A model generated the notes under the pieces. The model saw only the letters and a program-made list of their open reading frames with translations. It did no database searches and was not told the DNA's origin. Below are positions 11,275 through 25,658 of a stretch of 64,000 nucleotides of DNA, piece after piece. The first letter of the stretch is position 1. Each line of letters starts with the position of its first letter. Origin of the DNA: Octopus vulgaris (Eukaryota). The stretch covers positions 65,286,001-65,350,000 of the forward strand of contig OX597822.1 in NCBI GenBank assembly GCA_951406725.2. Direction: 5' to 3'. A program made the translations under genes and the position numbers.

Positions 11275-12091
11275 ACATTGTATGCATGTATATATATATA
11301 TATTGTGTGTGTGTATGTGTATCTATTTTTACTTATATACTCAAGTAGACATACACTTACATCCATAGATGTACGAACATAAACTGCCACACCCTGTTTT
11401 AGAGTTTTCTTATCTAGTACGAGTTCCCTGACAGCAACATCATCCCCAACACCCCCGTATGACCAACACCAGTAGCTGTAGACTACTTACGTCACGTCGG
11501 TATGCCCCTGCACACATCATCTATCATTATTTGCATCCATCTCATTGCCATCTCGTAATCCATCTTATTTTGTCACTTGTTCGGGTTTGTTTACTTCAAC
11601 CTCATGTGTTAATGCTTCGGTTTGAACCAACCTAAATGCTCATTCCCTATAGGCATCTTGACTTGTGTGCGTGTGCATGTATGTCTGTGTATGACTGTGT
11701 AAGTGTCAATGTGTGCGTTTGTGTGCTTATGTGTGTGTGTGTGTGTGTATGTGTCTTTGTTGATAAAATGTGGTTCTTCTGTACCAATGGTTGCTGTTAA
11801 TATTAGGGTTTGACTATCAATGATATATTTCTTATGGAACTATTTTTTAATGACTTTGTGAGAGAGAAAAAATAATTAACGAAGAGCAGTGCACTTAATT
11901 AACTCTTATCTAGTGCTCTAAGAATAGTAGGAGGTGTGAAGGAGGCAGGAAATTATTCTTAGGCAAAAGCTAGACTCGAATGCTTTTAGTGAAGTGAATT
12001 CCTCTAAAGGCACCCGAAAACCAGGTTGTTGGTGATAGACCGGACGTGGAATTAAATCTGCAAGACTTCTTTCTATTATGATTGATAAAGT

Positions 12092-12480
12092 GCAGTGTGG
12101 CTGTGTGGTAAGAAGGTTGATTCGCAACCACATGGTACCAGGTTCAGTCCCACAGCGTGGCATCTTGAGTGTGTTCTACTATAGCCTCGTGCCAAGCAAA
12201 TTTTGTAACTTGATTTGGTAGCCAGAAACTGAAAGAAATCCGTCGTATACACACACTATATATTCTTACATATATGTGTGTGTATTTTTCCCTACCGTTG
12301 ATTAGCACCTAGTGTTGGTGTGTTGATGCCCTCATAACTTAGCAGTTTGGCGTAAGAGATCGATAAAATAAATACAAGGTTTAAACAAAAAGTAAGTTCT
12401 GGACTCGGTTTGTTTGACTAAAGTTCTCCAAGGTGGTGCCCCAGCATGGCCGCAGTCTAATGACTGAAACAAGTAAAAGT
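12092..12480 (+). mobile_element. SINE family A, older diverged copy
   Basis: 'gtggctgtgtggtaagaagg...caggttcagtcccacagcgtggc' through to 'ggccgcagtctaatgactgaaacaagtaaaag'. Confidence 0.8.
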
Positions 12481-13918
12481 GAAGCACATTGTATTTCTGT
12501 ACTAATTTCGTGTGCTATATACATGATTTTTGTACAACTGTATTAATCTACGACAGAAAACTATGCCTACCTGTTAAGGATTTACGCAAACCAAAAGAGT
12601 ATTACGTACTTGGTTAATGTTTCCTTAGCATGTCACGCTTAAACTATTTAAATACTGACATGACATTATTCTAGAGGGATGGCTTTCGCATGGCTGGTCT
12701 GTGTAAATATTCAGGCTCTGCCATGGTTCTGTGGTTACGAAATTCCCTTCTAAGATGTTTTGGCTTGATTCTATTTCGCAACAATTTGGGCAAATGTCGT
12801 GAACCATACCTTCGTGTTACTCAAGTTTTGCGACAAATTTAATTAAAGGGAACTGTATGAGAGCTCTTTGGAGAAAGTGCTCTTTGTTATGAAAGATAAT
12901 CCTTTGCTACCACTTCAATCTTAGGTACCTTTAACAGACTACAAAGGCATCATTTGGTCCATACCTTCCATCTATAAAACATCTCTCGCCTCCTTTTTTG
13001 AATGTTAGCTTCAATGTCAAATGCCGTAAAAATGGACAAGGTCGCTGTTTTTACATTTTTGAAAGAGTAATTAAAAATACTTGGCGACGATTATCTGTGG
13101 TATAGCAATAAATCCGTTTGGTTGTAAAACTTTCCGCGTGAGTAGAAAACAGCCGATTATCCCGACCCAACTCTTTGATAGGTATCCTGGAATTTTGAAA
13201 GTGAAAGTTGACCTCCTCGAGATTAGAAATCAGTAGGTAAAGAAATACAAAAATAAAAGCGGCAACGAATTCAATTCGACGCTTTCACGCCTGTGTCAAT
13301 GCGCCCCAACGGAAGAAGATAACAAACCTTTAATTTTACAAATTCAGAGATATGTAATTTATATTATTGTTTTCTTCTTGAGGCTTATATCTTGCTTTAT
13401 CAGGCGATTCTTTGAAGGCGTCGTCAGCGGTTAGTTTGAAATTTGAATGCAGCAACTGGTTCTTAACCTTTGGCACAGACAACTCTCTTCTCGTCTGGCG
13501 CGTTACAATGTTTAGTCTATTTATCTGCTATTCAGTTATGTATAGTCATATTCAGCATGTTCGTGCAAAATGAACATGCAAAGACAATACGGCACAAGTG
13601 GTTTTGAGAGAAGAAATTCTCTTTATAGACAATATAGGTCTAAACATACAACAAAACCATGAATGAAACCACAAGACGGCTGGACGCATGTGTTTCTGCT
13701 TCAATGTTCTTTATCCATGGCCCCTAAAATCTTATCGCTCTTATATTAGAAAAGCAAATGATACATTTGTTGTGCGAAAAGCTTGATCAAACTGGAATAA
13801 ATTAATTAAAGATGTATTAAGCAGCGCTGAATGAAGTATTGTGCAGTCATACGTAACAGTTATGTACACTCATATTATTTACATTTGACGGATATTTGTC
13901 CTCATCTTGTTTGTTGTT

Positions 13919-13964
13919 AAAACAACGTTTCGGCCGATATACCCTCTAGCCTTCATCAGGTGTC
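13919..13964 (-). ncRNA. Minimal type I hammerhead ribozyme motif (second P1 copy)
   Basis: Minus strand reads gacac-CTGATGA-a-ggct(agagggtatatc)ggcc-GAAACGTT-gtttt. Confidence 0.7.
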
Positions 13965-14063
13965 TTGGGGGAAATTTCGAACCTGAGTTCTCATTCCTAA
14001 GGTATTTTTCGATGTTGTTAGTAGCCCACGATATTAGCCACTACGCTATATCCCCGTGGGCAA

Positions 14064-14228
14064 TTATGGAGTGAATTTTAGGACTTGTAAATCTAATATC
14101 TTTCTATCCTTCCTTAATACCGGTTTCCATATGCTTCCATATTCATGTCTGCTTAGGAGGTTGTTGTGTCCTAGCATATGTGCTGCTTCTTTTATTCGTA
14201 TTTTCCAGTGGTGTTCTCTGTCTATAAT
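14064..14228 (-). pseudogene. C-terminal fragment of a Penelope RT/GIY-YIG endonuclease ORF
   Basis: Motif DREHHWKIRIKEAAHM...NLLSR...SIWKPVL, stop at 14064-14066. Confidence 0.7.
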
Positions 14229-15134
14229 GTAAATAATGTAAATAATGTACATAGTTCCTCATCTCTTAAATATAGAACTGTCATAATTAACATGTTCGTA
14301 TAAATTTTGACATGAAAATATAATACACTGCACAAGTTTTCTGGACAATACGTGTGTAAACATACAAATAGGCAATGAATGACGTCACGGGAGCGTAGGT
14401 TGCACGCATTTCTGCGTTGTTACGCTTCATCAGCTACGTATACCGATCCATCGTTCATGACCACTAAAAGCTAGCTCCTTCCATGTTTGAATAGCAAATG
14501 CTTCATTTGTTAATGTGGGCTGCAGTCTATGGCATTTCTCCATGCGACACAAATATTTAATGAAATCAAAAATCAAAAAACGGAAAACACAAGGAAGAAA
14601 AGATCAACGGTGAGCTACTTTGTAGCCACTTAAACTACTTACTAAGTACGCTACCTCAACACAATGCCTTGCTAAATGAAGCATAGGAATATGTTAACCG
14701 TATTTATCTTATTCTTGTTATTGTTATTCGTGTATTTGTCGTTTAACGAGTGACATTTTCGCCCGTCCTAGTAATTATCGTATATTGATATCTAAATTGG
14801 TAATCGTTTATTTTGTCATGATTTTCACGTGATGTGAATAGGAATGGCATTTTAAAACAAGTTTACTTCCATTCCATATGTTCCCGCCACATTTGTCTTG
14901 TTTCACTGTTTTTTTTTTCTTTCTTTTCCCGTTCTTGTTATTGTTGATGTTGTTGGTGTTGTTTTGCATCAGTTTTATCGCCTGGCTATTATTCTTTGGA
15001 ATCAATCTTTGTTGGTTTGCATTTGTTATTATGGTTCAATGTTCCAATGTACCAATGTTCCAATGCTCTATTCTCTTTTCTCTTCGAGCAGTTACTTGTT
15101 TTATATTCTTTCATTCAATGGAAATGGTGCATTT

Positions 15135-16060
15135 ATGCTGCTGCTGCTGCTACTGCTGCTACTGTTGATGATATTGGTGGTGATGGTAGTGGTGGTGGTG
15201 ATGATGATAATGATAATAGTAGTGGTGGTGGTGGTGGTGGTGGTGGTCATGATGATGATGGCAGTGGTGATGGTGATGGTGATGATGATCATGATGATAA
15301 GATGGTAGAGTTGGTGGTGATGATTATGATGATGATAGTAGTGGTGGTGGCGGTGGTGGTGATGATGATGATGTTGGCAGTGGTGAAGGTGACGATGATA
15401 ATGATGACATGATGGTAGTGGTGATAGTGGTGGTGATGATGATTGTAATGGTATGATGGTGATTATGATGATGACGATGGTAATGGTGGTGGTGGTGATG
15501 GTGATGATATTGATGATGATAATGATGATAGTAGTGGTGGCGGTGATGGTAGTGGTGGTGGTGATGATGATAATGATGATAGTAGTGGTGGTGGTGGCGG
15601 TGATGATGATGATGGCAGTGGTGATGATGATGATGATGATGATATGATGGTAGTGGTGATGGTGGTGTTGATGATGATTGTAGTTGGGTGATAGTGATTA
15701 TGATGATGACGATGGTAGTGGTGGTGGTGGTAGTGTTAGTGTTTGTTGCAGTATTGGTGGTGGTGCCGATGATGAAGATGAGTATGCTGATCATGACTGT
15801 AATGTTGGTGGTTGTGGCGGTTGTAGTAGTGATGATGGTGGCGGAGATGGTTGTTGTAGTGGTGGTAGCGATGATATTACTTGTGGCAATGGTTGTGGTG
15901 GTACTTATAGTGGTGGTTGTGGTAACGGTGATGGCGGTTGTGATGCTGTTTGAGGTTGTCTTTGTCGCGATGGTGGTGGCAGTGGCTGTTTTGGTGATGG
16001 TGGTGATTACGTTGGTGTAGTGGTGGTGATGGTAGCGAAATTGATGATGATGATGATGAA
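15135..16060. repeat. Long degenerate (GAT/GGT/AGT)n trinucleotide field
   Basis: Directly visible; source of the poly-M/V/D/G ORFs. Confidence 0.9.
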
Positions 16061-16296
16061 GAGGAGAACAAGGGGAAGGAGCAGGTGGAGGAAGGTGATA
16101 TGAAGAACGAGGAAGTTAACAATAGGAACGAAAGCGCTACAAGCAATTACAAGGCAGACAACAGCAACAACAATAACAACAACTAAAACAACAATATCAA
16201 CAATATTAACAAAAGAATAAAAATATTAACAGTTATTGCAGTAGTAGAGAAATTATTCGGATTAAGATATGATTTATCATTGTTTTATCATCATCA

Positions 16297-16367
<71 letters not shown>

Positions 16368-16638
16368 ATTCTTATATAAAGGGATGTAAATAATAGAAAA
16401 TGGAAGTGACATTAGCAACATCATCATCACCATCATCATGATGCGTATCGTCGACATGATAAGTATCATCATTATCTTTATTTGTTACCTTTATAATTAT
16501 CCTTATCATAAATTTTCTCATCGTTGTCATAATCATCGCAATCAACGCCTTAATCCACAACAGCAACATCAGCAACGTCTTGATCATCATCGCCGCCGAG
16601 GTCATCGTCATATGTATGTGTGTGTGTATGTGTATATA

Positions 16639-16705
<67 letters not shown>

Positions 16706-16708
<3 letters not shown>

Positions 16709-16950
16709 CTTCTTCCTAGCTCTCTTGTCTGACCACCTCTGACCGGCATTCGCCATGATTGATTGCTAGCCACTAAACCCTTTTTTTTTCTCTCTCTGTT
16801 TATTTCTGTGTTTCTTTCTGTTGAGGAGTGTAGGCTCGAAACGTAAAAGACTCTCTCACTTCCCGAGCGTTAAACTAATACATATGTTTGTTGTTTACAC
16901 ACCCGTCTTCGTCTTTTGTCTTGTTTATTTTTTGTAAATTCTAACTATAT
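16706..16950 (+). mobile_element. Probable Penelope-like terminal-repeat fragment (family P2) between (TA)n tracts
   Basis: Homologous to ~1726-1940; contains tcttt-CTGTTGA-g-gagt(gtag)gctc-GAAACGTA-aaaga at 16813-16850. Confidence 0.6.
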
Positions 16951-17066
16951 ATATGTATGCATATATGTAAAATCAGGGTAATAAAGATTTTAGAAATGTT
17001 TGCTACCAGTGGTCTAGCGTATAGAAAAATTAGTCAATAGACTATATATTATTCATATAAAATGCT

Positions 17067-17487
17067 GTGTAGATTTAAACGCATTAAGAGGTATCCATCA
17101 TAGGACTCCCTTACGCTAGAAAGAACAGCTAAAGTCCAAACCTCTAATTAGGGATAACATTTTGAAGGGAATGAAAAATAAAAACATTTACCATTTATTT
17201 CCTGGTGGTTTTGAAAAATTAAAATGTATAAGCAAGAGGCACATGCTAGATTGACCTCGTGCTTATATGTTTAATCTTGGCGTACCTGTTGATGAAGACT
17301 TTGCCTGACAAATTATTTTATTTGCTAAAAAATGTCAGAAACCATGGTCCAGGAAATAGATGGTAAATGTTTTTATTTTTTATTCCCTTAGAGATTTTAT
17401 CCCTAATTAGTGGTTTGGACTTTAGCTGTTCCTTCTAGCGTAAGGGAGTCCTATGATGGATACCTCTTAATGTGTTTAGATGTACAC
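17067..17487. repeat. Inverted repeat with ~139-bp arms (17067-17205 and 17349-17487)
   Basis: 'cattaagaggtatccatcataggactcccttacgctagaa' versus 'ttctagcgtaagggagtcctatgatggatacctcttaatg'. Confidence 0.9.
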
Positions 17488-17598
17488 TGTAATTTATATG
17501 TATGCATATATGTATTTATATGTGTGTGTGTATGTATATATGTGTATATATGTATGTATATATGTGTGTGTGTATGTATATATGTGTATATATGTATG

Positions 17599-17652
<54 letters not shown>

Positions 17653-18546
17653 TGCACATTCACAAACAGATACACATACACATATATTTATATAAAGCAG
17701 GCTTCTTTTAGTTTCCGTCTACGAAATCCACACATAGTAGTAGATATCTGCTCAAGGTGCAACGGTGTGAACTGTACACGGAGCCATGTGGTTGGTCAAT
17801 AAAACTCCTTACCACATAGCCACGCAACAAAATGTAGCGGTTTTAGAGAATTTTATGTAAGAAGACTATATCGCACATAAAATCATCTTTCTAGTGTTTC
17901 TAAATTTTTCGACCACAATACTGCCCAGCCTATATCTAATTAGAAAATTTTATTGGATGTTATTTAATGTCTAATTTGTACTAATTGACTGATGTTGTTA
18001 ATAGTAAAATATTCTATACAAGAAAATTATTCATTTGGTAAAAAAAATAAAAGAATTATTTTCTTTGGTTAGTAACTGTGACAGACCTGCAGTAGATGAG
18101 AGCACATCTTTGATGAGGGCATAAATGTTAAACACCAGAACTCTGGAAAATGATATGATTGACTGATCAAAGAACTTCTCGAACAATCGATTAGTAATCG
18201 GTTAATTCTTAAACTAGTTGACTAATAACAACAATAATAGCAATAACAACGACCACGATGACCACCACCACCACCACAAACACCTCCGCCACAACCACCA
18301 CCACCACAAACACCTCCGCCACAACCACCACCACCACAAACACCTCCGCCACAACCACCACCACCACCACGACGACCACCACCACCACTACCGCTGCCAC
18401 GACGACGACAATAGCAACAACAATAATCCTTTCTACTATAGGTACTAGACCTGAAAATTTGGGGGAGGGGGAACTTGTCGATTACATTGACTAAGCACTC
18501 AGTTGGTACTTAGTCCATCGACACCGGTGGAATTTGAAATAATAAC

Positions 18547-19885
<1,339 letters not shown>

Positions 19886-20294
19886 TGTGATATTTCGCTG
19901 CACATTGTTACCATTGCGAGTCAGTGCACCAATGTACATCTACCACACATATTTTTTCCAACAAATCAAGCAATCGGTTAAATTGAGGTAGCTGGTGGCT
20001 CTCCATCCATCGCGCAGCAATGAGTTGCCTCTTCTTATTCTCTCCGTTCGCTTCAATGAAAGAAATTTTATCATTTCAGGGACAACAATTTGAAACGCGG
20101 CGAAAGCAGTTATAAGGAAGTGAGTGCAGCAGTGCATACTTTAATTTTTTCAAAGCGGATTCAAGAATTGGCTTTAACAATGGTGCAAATGTATACCTTA
20201 TGGTGGAGAATATGTTTATGCAGTAACTCTGTTTCGAGAAAGTCCGTGCAACAAAATGTGCAATTTCAACGATCTTTGTAAAATGATAAAATAA

Positions 20295-20493
20295 CTCTTT
20301 TACTTGTTTCAGTCATTTGACTGTGGCCATACTGGAGCACCACCTGTAGTCGAGCAAATCGACCTCAGGATTTATGTTTTTGTAAGCCTAATATTTATTC
20401 TATCGGTCACTTTTGCCGAACCGCTAAGCCACGGGGATGTAAACACACCAGCATCGGTTGTCAAGCGATGTTGGAGGGATAAACACAGGTACA

Positions 20494-20541
<48 letters not shown>

Positions 20542-20722
20542 AACACACACACGCACGTATATACGACGGGCTTTTTTCAGTTTCCGACTACCAAGTATAC
20601 CCACAAGGCTTTGATCGGCCCGCGGTTATAGTAGAAGACACTTGCCCAAGGTGCCACGCAGTGGGACTGAACCCGGAACCATGTGGTTGGTAAGCAAACT
20701 AATTACCACACAGCCACTCCTC
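20295..20722 (-). mobile_element. SINE family A, full length
   Basis: Reverse complement of the family A sequence with (CA)n centre. Confidence 0.85.
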
Positions 20723-20773
20723 TCATGTATGCGTTTATGTATATACGCATATATTATGTACATGGCGCTCCGA

Positions 20774-20850
20774 AGCTCCGATGAAGCTCTATGTCCCCCA
20801 GACTATTAACTGAGTCCACTACATTTTTATAGCAGAAACAACTGTAGGCT
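20774..20850 (+). ncRNA. Hammerhead-like motif with CCGAUGA core and long stem II (family P3)
   Basis: agct-CCGATGA-a-gctctat...atagc-a-GAAACAACTGTA-ggct; partial sibling 'atagcagaaacagctgtaa' at ~34879-34898 shows the palindromic stem III ACAGCTGT. Confidence 0.5.
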
Positions 20851-20994
20851 AACACACACACACACACATACACACACACACAAACACACACACATAACAC
20901 ACACGCATGTAATGATGCTTTATTGATGGTAACGTATATACGAATCTAAAATGTAGATTTATTCAAGAATCCTTATAGATTTTTTTTTTTTTTT

Positions 20995-21199
20995 TTTACT
21001 TGTTTCAGCCATTTGACTGCGGCCATGCTGAAGCACCGCCTTTAATCGAGCAAATCAACCCCAGGACTTATTCTTTTGTAAGCCCAGTACTTATTTCATC
21101 GGTCTCTTTTGCCGAAACCGCTAAGTAACGGGGACATAAACACACCAGCATCGGTTGTCAAGCAATGCTAGGGGGACAAACACAGACACACAAACACAT

Positions 21200-21232
<33 letters not shown>

Positions 21233-21400
21233 CATATATACGACAGGCTTCTTTCAGTTTCCGTCTACCAAAAGCCACTCACTTTAGTCGGCTTGAGGCT
21301 ATAGTAGAAGACACTTACCCAAGGTGCCACGCAGTGGGACTGAACCCGGAACCATGTGGTTGGTATACAAGCTACTTACCACACAGCCACTCCTGCGCCT
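20995..21400 (-). mobile_element. SINE family A, full length
   Basis: Ends 'accacacagccactcctgcgcc', the reverse complement of the tRNA-like head. Confidence 0.85.
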
Positions 21401-21597
21401 ATTAATCTATTTCAAAAATCGAAGCTTATTATCAAAAGATTACCAGCTTCGGTTTGTGGAACATACTTGTCTCCGTAAGGCTTCTTGAATAAAACTACAT
21501 TTTGGATTAGAAGCTACTTGATAATTCTTTTATAATTGCTTGTTCCAAAGAGTTCTTTGGTTAGCTCTTGTCCATCTTCGGAATGTATATGTATCCT

Positions 21598-21728
21598 TAT
21601 ACATACATACATACATACATACATACATACATACATACATACATACATACATACATACATACATACATACATACATACATACATACATACATACATACAT
21701 ACATACATACATACATACATACATACAT
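21598..21728. repeat. (TACA)n microsatellite
   Basis: Directly visible. Confidence 0.95.
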
Positions 21729-21753
21729 GTATACATAAACATATGTTCACATA

Positions 21754-21968
21754 CGAGGGTGCGCTGAACCGTTTCTGGCTCTGGGTAAAAGAAAATATAG
21801 AAGGATCAGTTAATTATGATTTTATTCAACCTATTTCTGTCAGATTCGCACACTTATTGCAGCAGTCCTTCGGTGTTAGTAAGCCATGTAAAAGATCTCG
21901 GAAGTTTGGGCCCCCAGCCAGGCCTGTCGCAATACCCTTACAGCCAGGAACTTTTGACTACTCTCTCA
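21754..21968. mobile_element. Mariner-type MITE (~215 bp) with TA target duplication
   Basis: ta-cgagggtgcgctgaaccgtttctggct ... agccaggaacttttgactactctctca-ta; degenerate TIRs. Confidence 0.65.
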
Positions 21969-22063
21969 TACACACACACACACATATATATATGTGTGTG
22001 TGTGTCTTTGTCCCCATCACCGACTGGATACATGTACAAGAATATATATGTATATATAAGAAC

Positions 22064-22157
<94 letters not shown>

Positions 22158-22351
22158 AAAGATCCAATAGAAGCAGAATCAACAAAAATACTTCATTCAG
22201 TAACAAATAAATATCAATTTAAATGCACAACCGAATGAGCTACTAATAGTGTCATCTTATTATGATACTTAAACAGGCATATGCGTATAATACGCCTTGT
22301 ACTTAAAACAATCTTCCAAGCTCTGTTTATGCCTTATATATATATATATAT

Positions 22352-22793
22352 CCTTTTCTACTCTAGGCACAAGGCCTGAAATTTTTAGAAGAGGGGAACA
22401 GTCGATTAGATCGAACCCGGTATGCAACTGGTACTTAATTTATCGAGACCGAAAGGATGAAAGGTAAAGTCGACCACGGCGGAATTTGAACTCAGAACGT
22501 AAAGTCAGACGAAATACCGCTAAGCATTTCGCCCCGTGTGCTAACGTTTCTTATTTCTTTATTGAAGGAACAAACAAGGACAGACAAAGAGATTAAGTCG
22601 ATTGCATCGACCTCAGTGCGTAACTGGTACTTCATTTATCGACCTCGAAAGGATGAAAGGCAAAGTCGAACACGGCGGAAGTTGAACTCAGAACGTAAAA
22701 TCAGACGAAATATCGCCAGCTCGCTGCACACTTGGCGAAATGCTTAGCGATATATCGTCTGACTTTACGTTCTGAGTTCAAATTCCGCCGTGG
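22352..22793 (-). mobile_element. SINE family B multimer remnant with a short inverted piece
   Basis: Two tandem bodies joined at 'ctaacgtttc|t|tatttctttattg'; ~22733-22793 is inverted. Confidence 0.75.
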
Positions 22794-22831
<38 letters not shown>

Positions 22832-22844
22832 TATATACATATAT

Positions 22845-23401
22845 AAATTTAAACAAATAAAGCTAGACAGTAAGAAAATAAACGTGGTAAAAGTTCGAAG
22901 AAGGTTGGTACAGACAAAAGTGGATGGAGAGAAAAGTAGCGGTATCAAGACATCAAAGACCCTCGTCTTCCCTGATTGCAGAAAGCTCATTAAATACAAC
23001 TGGTTTAGAACAAAATAACAGAAAACATGTCAATGTGTGCGGGACAGCAACTCATTCAAGGGAGCTAAAACATAGAAATTTGTACGCAGTGCGCGCGTAC
23101 AGCTAGATACGCCAATAGACTGTCAGCTGTCTTTTGATTGGACAGAGATAATTTTACCCTTGACAGTTAAATGCGCGTGCGTATTTGCAGACAGTCTGTA
23201 TGACTCAGCGCACTTTTGTGTTTTGCGAAGACGCGTTATCATGTGTTTTGGCTTTCAAGCGTGCACGCTTTTTTTTATTTGAGAAATGAAGGGAATAATT
23301 AACGAGTTAGACCAAGTGAATGACAAGAGAGCGGGATTTTCATGAAAGGCCAAATATGCTTGACTAGCACTAGACCCGGCAACGCCGGGTCATTATGTTA
23401 G
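22845..23401 (+). mobile_element. Non-autonomous Helitron; 3' end clear, 5' end uncertain
   Basis: Subterminal hairpin gacccggc-aac-gccgggtc (23373-23391) then 'attatgttag|t', similar to the 3' end at 33976. Confidence 0.6.
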
Positions 23402-23691
23402 TCTCTCTCTCTCTCTAATATAGTTGCTCTTTGGCAAACTCCGTCATACTTTTTATTCCATTCATCTTGCTTCAGCTTTCCCTTACTCATTTTAAAAAAT
23501 TTCCACCACCCTTAACCGTATTTCAAATTTGCAAACATTCTTGTCGATCATCTATTTGCTCCCCTCATAGTTGAACAACATTCCTTGTTTTTCAAATTTC
23601 CTAGCCTTTTCGTATTTATTGGCTCCCATTTCTGAACGCTTTAACCATACGTATCATTAATTCATTTGACAAACTACCTTTCCATACACTC

Positions 23692-23798
23692 TCTTCTTCT
23701 TCTTCTTCTTCTTCTTCTTCTTCTTCTTCTTCTTCTTCTTCTTCTTCTTCTTCTTCTTCTTCTTCTTCTTCTTCTTCTTCTTCTTCTTCTTCTTCTTC
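23692..23798. repeat. (TTC)n microsatellite
   Basis: Directly visible. Confidence 0.95.
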
Positions 23799-24399
23799 GC
23801 TAGTTACATTTTTTTCTCTCCCTCATTTTGAACGTCTATCAGGAAAGAGTTCGAACGAAAATCTCTGTCTGAAGCATCAAACCTGCCATCTTTTCAGCGC
23901 CAAACTAAATAACGCCACTTTTCATCTCTTTAAACACATTATTTGCCGAATCAAACTGTCCAATTGTTTCTTGAGTTCTTTAAAGCGAGGAGATTTTGTT
24001 GTCATTTCGCTTTACATACCTGTATTGTATGATATCTGTTCAGTTATCCCACAATCACACCATATTATCTATAAAAAAAAACAACAAAAAAAAAACAACA
24101 CATTAATGGTTCGCTCCTAGTATTTATGCCGAGCTAAGTAAATTTCAAAATCGAACCCGTATATTTGAAATACGATTCATAACTCATTTATGTAACTCCG
24201 TTCTAACTGCCTCTTCTGAAAATGAGCGACTTATATTACAACGAAGCCAGACTTATTCGCATTTATTTTTATATCGTAGACAAGGATTGCATTCTTTACA
24301 TTCATGGAAGGAAAGCCACTTATGTGCTATGTGTGTGTGTGTTTGTATGCACATACATATATACATATGCAGCACATATGCGAACACTCATATACATAC

Positions 24400-24440
<41 letters not shown>

Positions 24441-25658
24441 CATACAAACACACAGACATATGCATACACACTTACACACATACACGCATACGTATATGTA
24501 TGAACGTTTGATTTAAGTGAGATTGAGTGCATAGTTCAACGTGGCTAGATTCCAATGGAAAACATTGAACAACTCGAACTTCTCCGCAATTATTGTCTAG
24601 ACATTAGAATCTAAATCCTTTTCATTCAGTGCAAATTCTGTTGAATTCTTCCATTCACACAAAGAGTTATTTCAACAGCATTGCTTGACTAATGCATCTT
24701 AAAGAATTAACAACGTTTTATCTTGGACCGAACCAGACGTGAAATAAACAGATTACTAAAATTTATGAGGGCGTCGCATAGATTTTCATGCTAAACGCTG
24801 AAAATATTCCAATAAAACACACACATTGTCTAAAAGGAAAAGTTTATAAGGTAACAACAATTTTTAGTCTATGATAAACTGCCTGAGATAATGTCAATTG
24901 GAGGGAATCATAAGAAAATGGTAAAAGAAAAAAAAATTGTTTATCGCAAAAACCGAAATGCTTTCCTACAAGAAATTATCTTCTTTAGACAGTTTATTAT
25001 GATAGCCAAATAATATAACAATGCATAAATAAATAAGAACAAATGTATATCTAGAGTATACGGAATAAATCTAAGCTCCGAGAGATTTACTAGAGTGGCA
25101 CAACGTCTTGTGAATAAGTAAAGTAAATATAACTTTCGATTAGGATTTTAGCTCTTGCAAAACAGCTTTGCAATTATTGTTTACATAACTGTTACAGTGC
25201 TACTACTCAACTGCATACCTAAACAATCTGCACTGCTTACAGACAAAATCCATTTAGAGAAGTATTATATCAATTATTGTCCACATGGTTCGTGGGTCGC
25301 TTGGAGTTTGTGTGCGAAATATTTATTTCGTATATATTTTCTCAGTACACTAGCAGTAGAATGAAGGAGGTACTAATATATGTTATAATAGTTACCCAGC
25401 AGTGCTTAAGTTTCCTTCGCAGGTGCTGCTTTGTGTCTCATTCAAAAGTGTTGACGATTGTTACGTATTTGATCGTTTTGATTAGAATGAAAAGCAAAAT
25501 AGCCTTGGCGCTATTGGATTTCTAAATACGATGGAATGTAAGTATATATCATAAAAATTTCGTCCTCAAAATCTTTGGTACAGATACACATCCTGCGATA
25601 ATCCATTGCAAGTTCACAAACGCTCTGTACAATTTACGGTCCCGACAAAAATATTCTA

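Larger units (their letters stand above)
13872..14280 (-). mobile_element. 5'-truncated Penelope-like element (family P1): GIY-YIG C-terminal remnant, partial tRNA-like cassette, hammerhead, inverted terminal piece
   Basis: Minus ORF IIDREHHWKIRIKEAAHMLGHNNLLSRHEYGSIWKPVLRK fits the PLE endonuclease C-terminus; followed by sequence homologous to 4258-4495; 14225-14280 is the continuation of the repeat in the opposite orientation. Confidence 0.8.

Noticed and set aside
18105-18200. TTGATGA...gaacaatcgattagta hammerhead relic
   Set aside because: Both core segments are mutated; not supportable from one copy.
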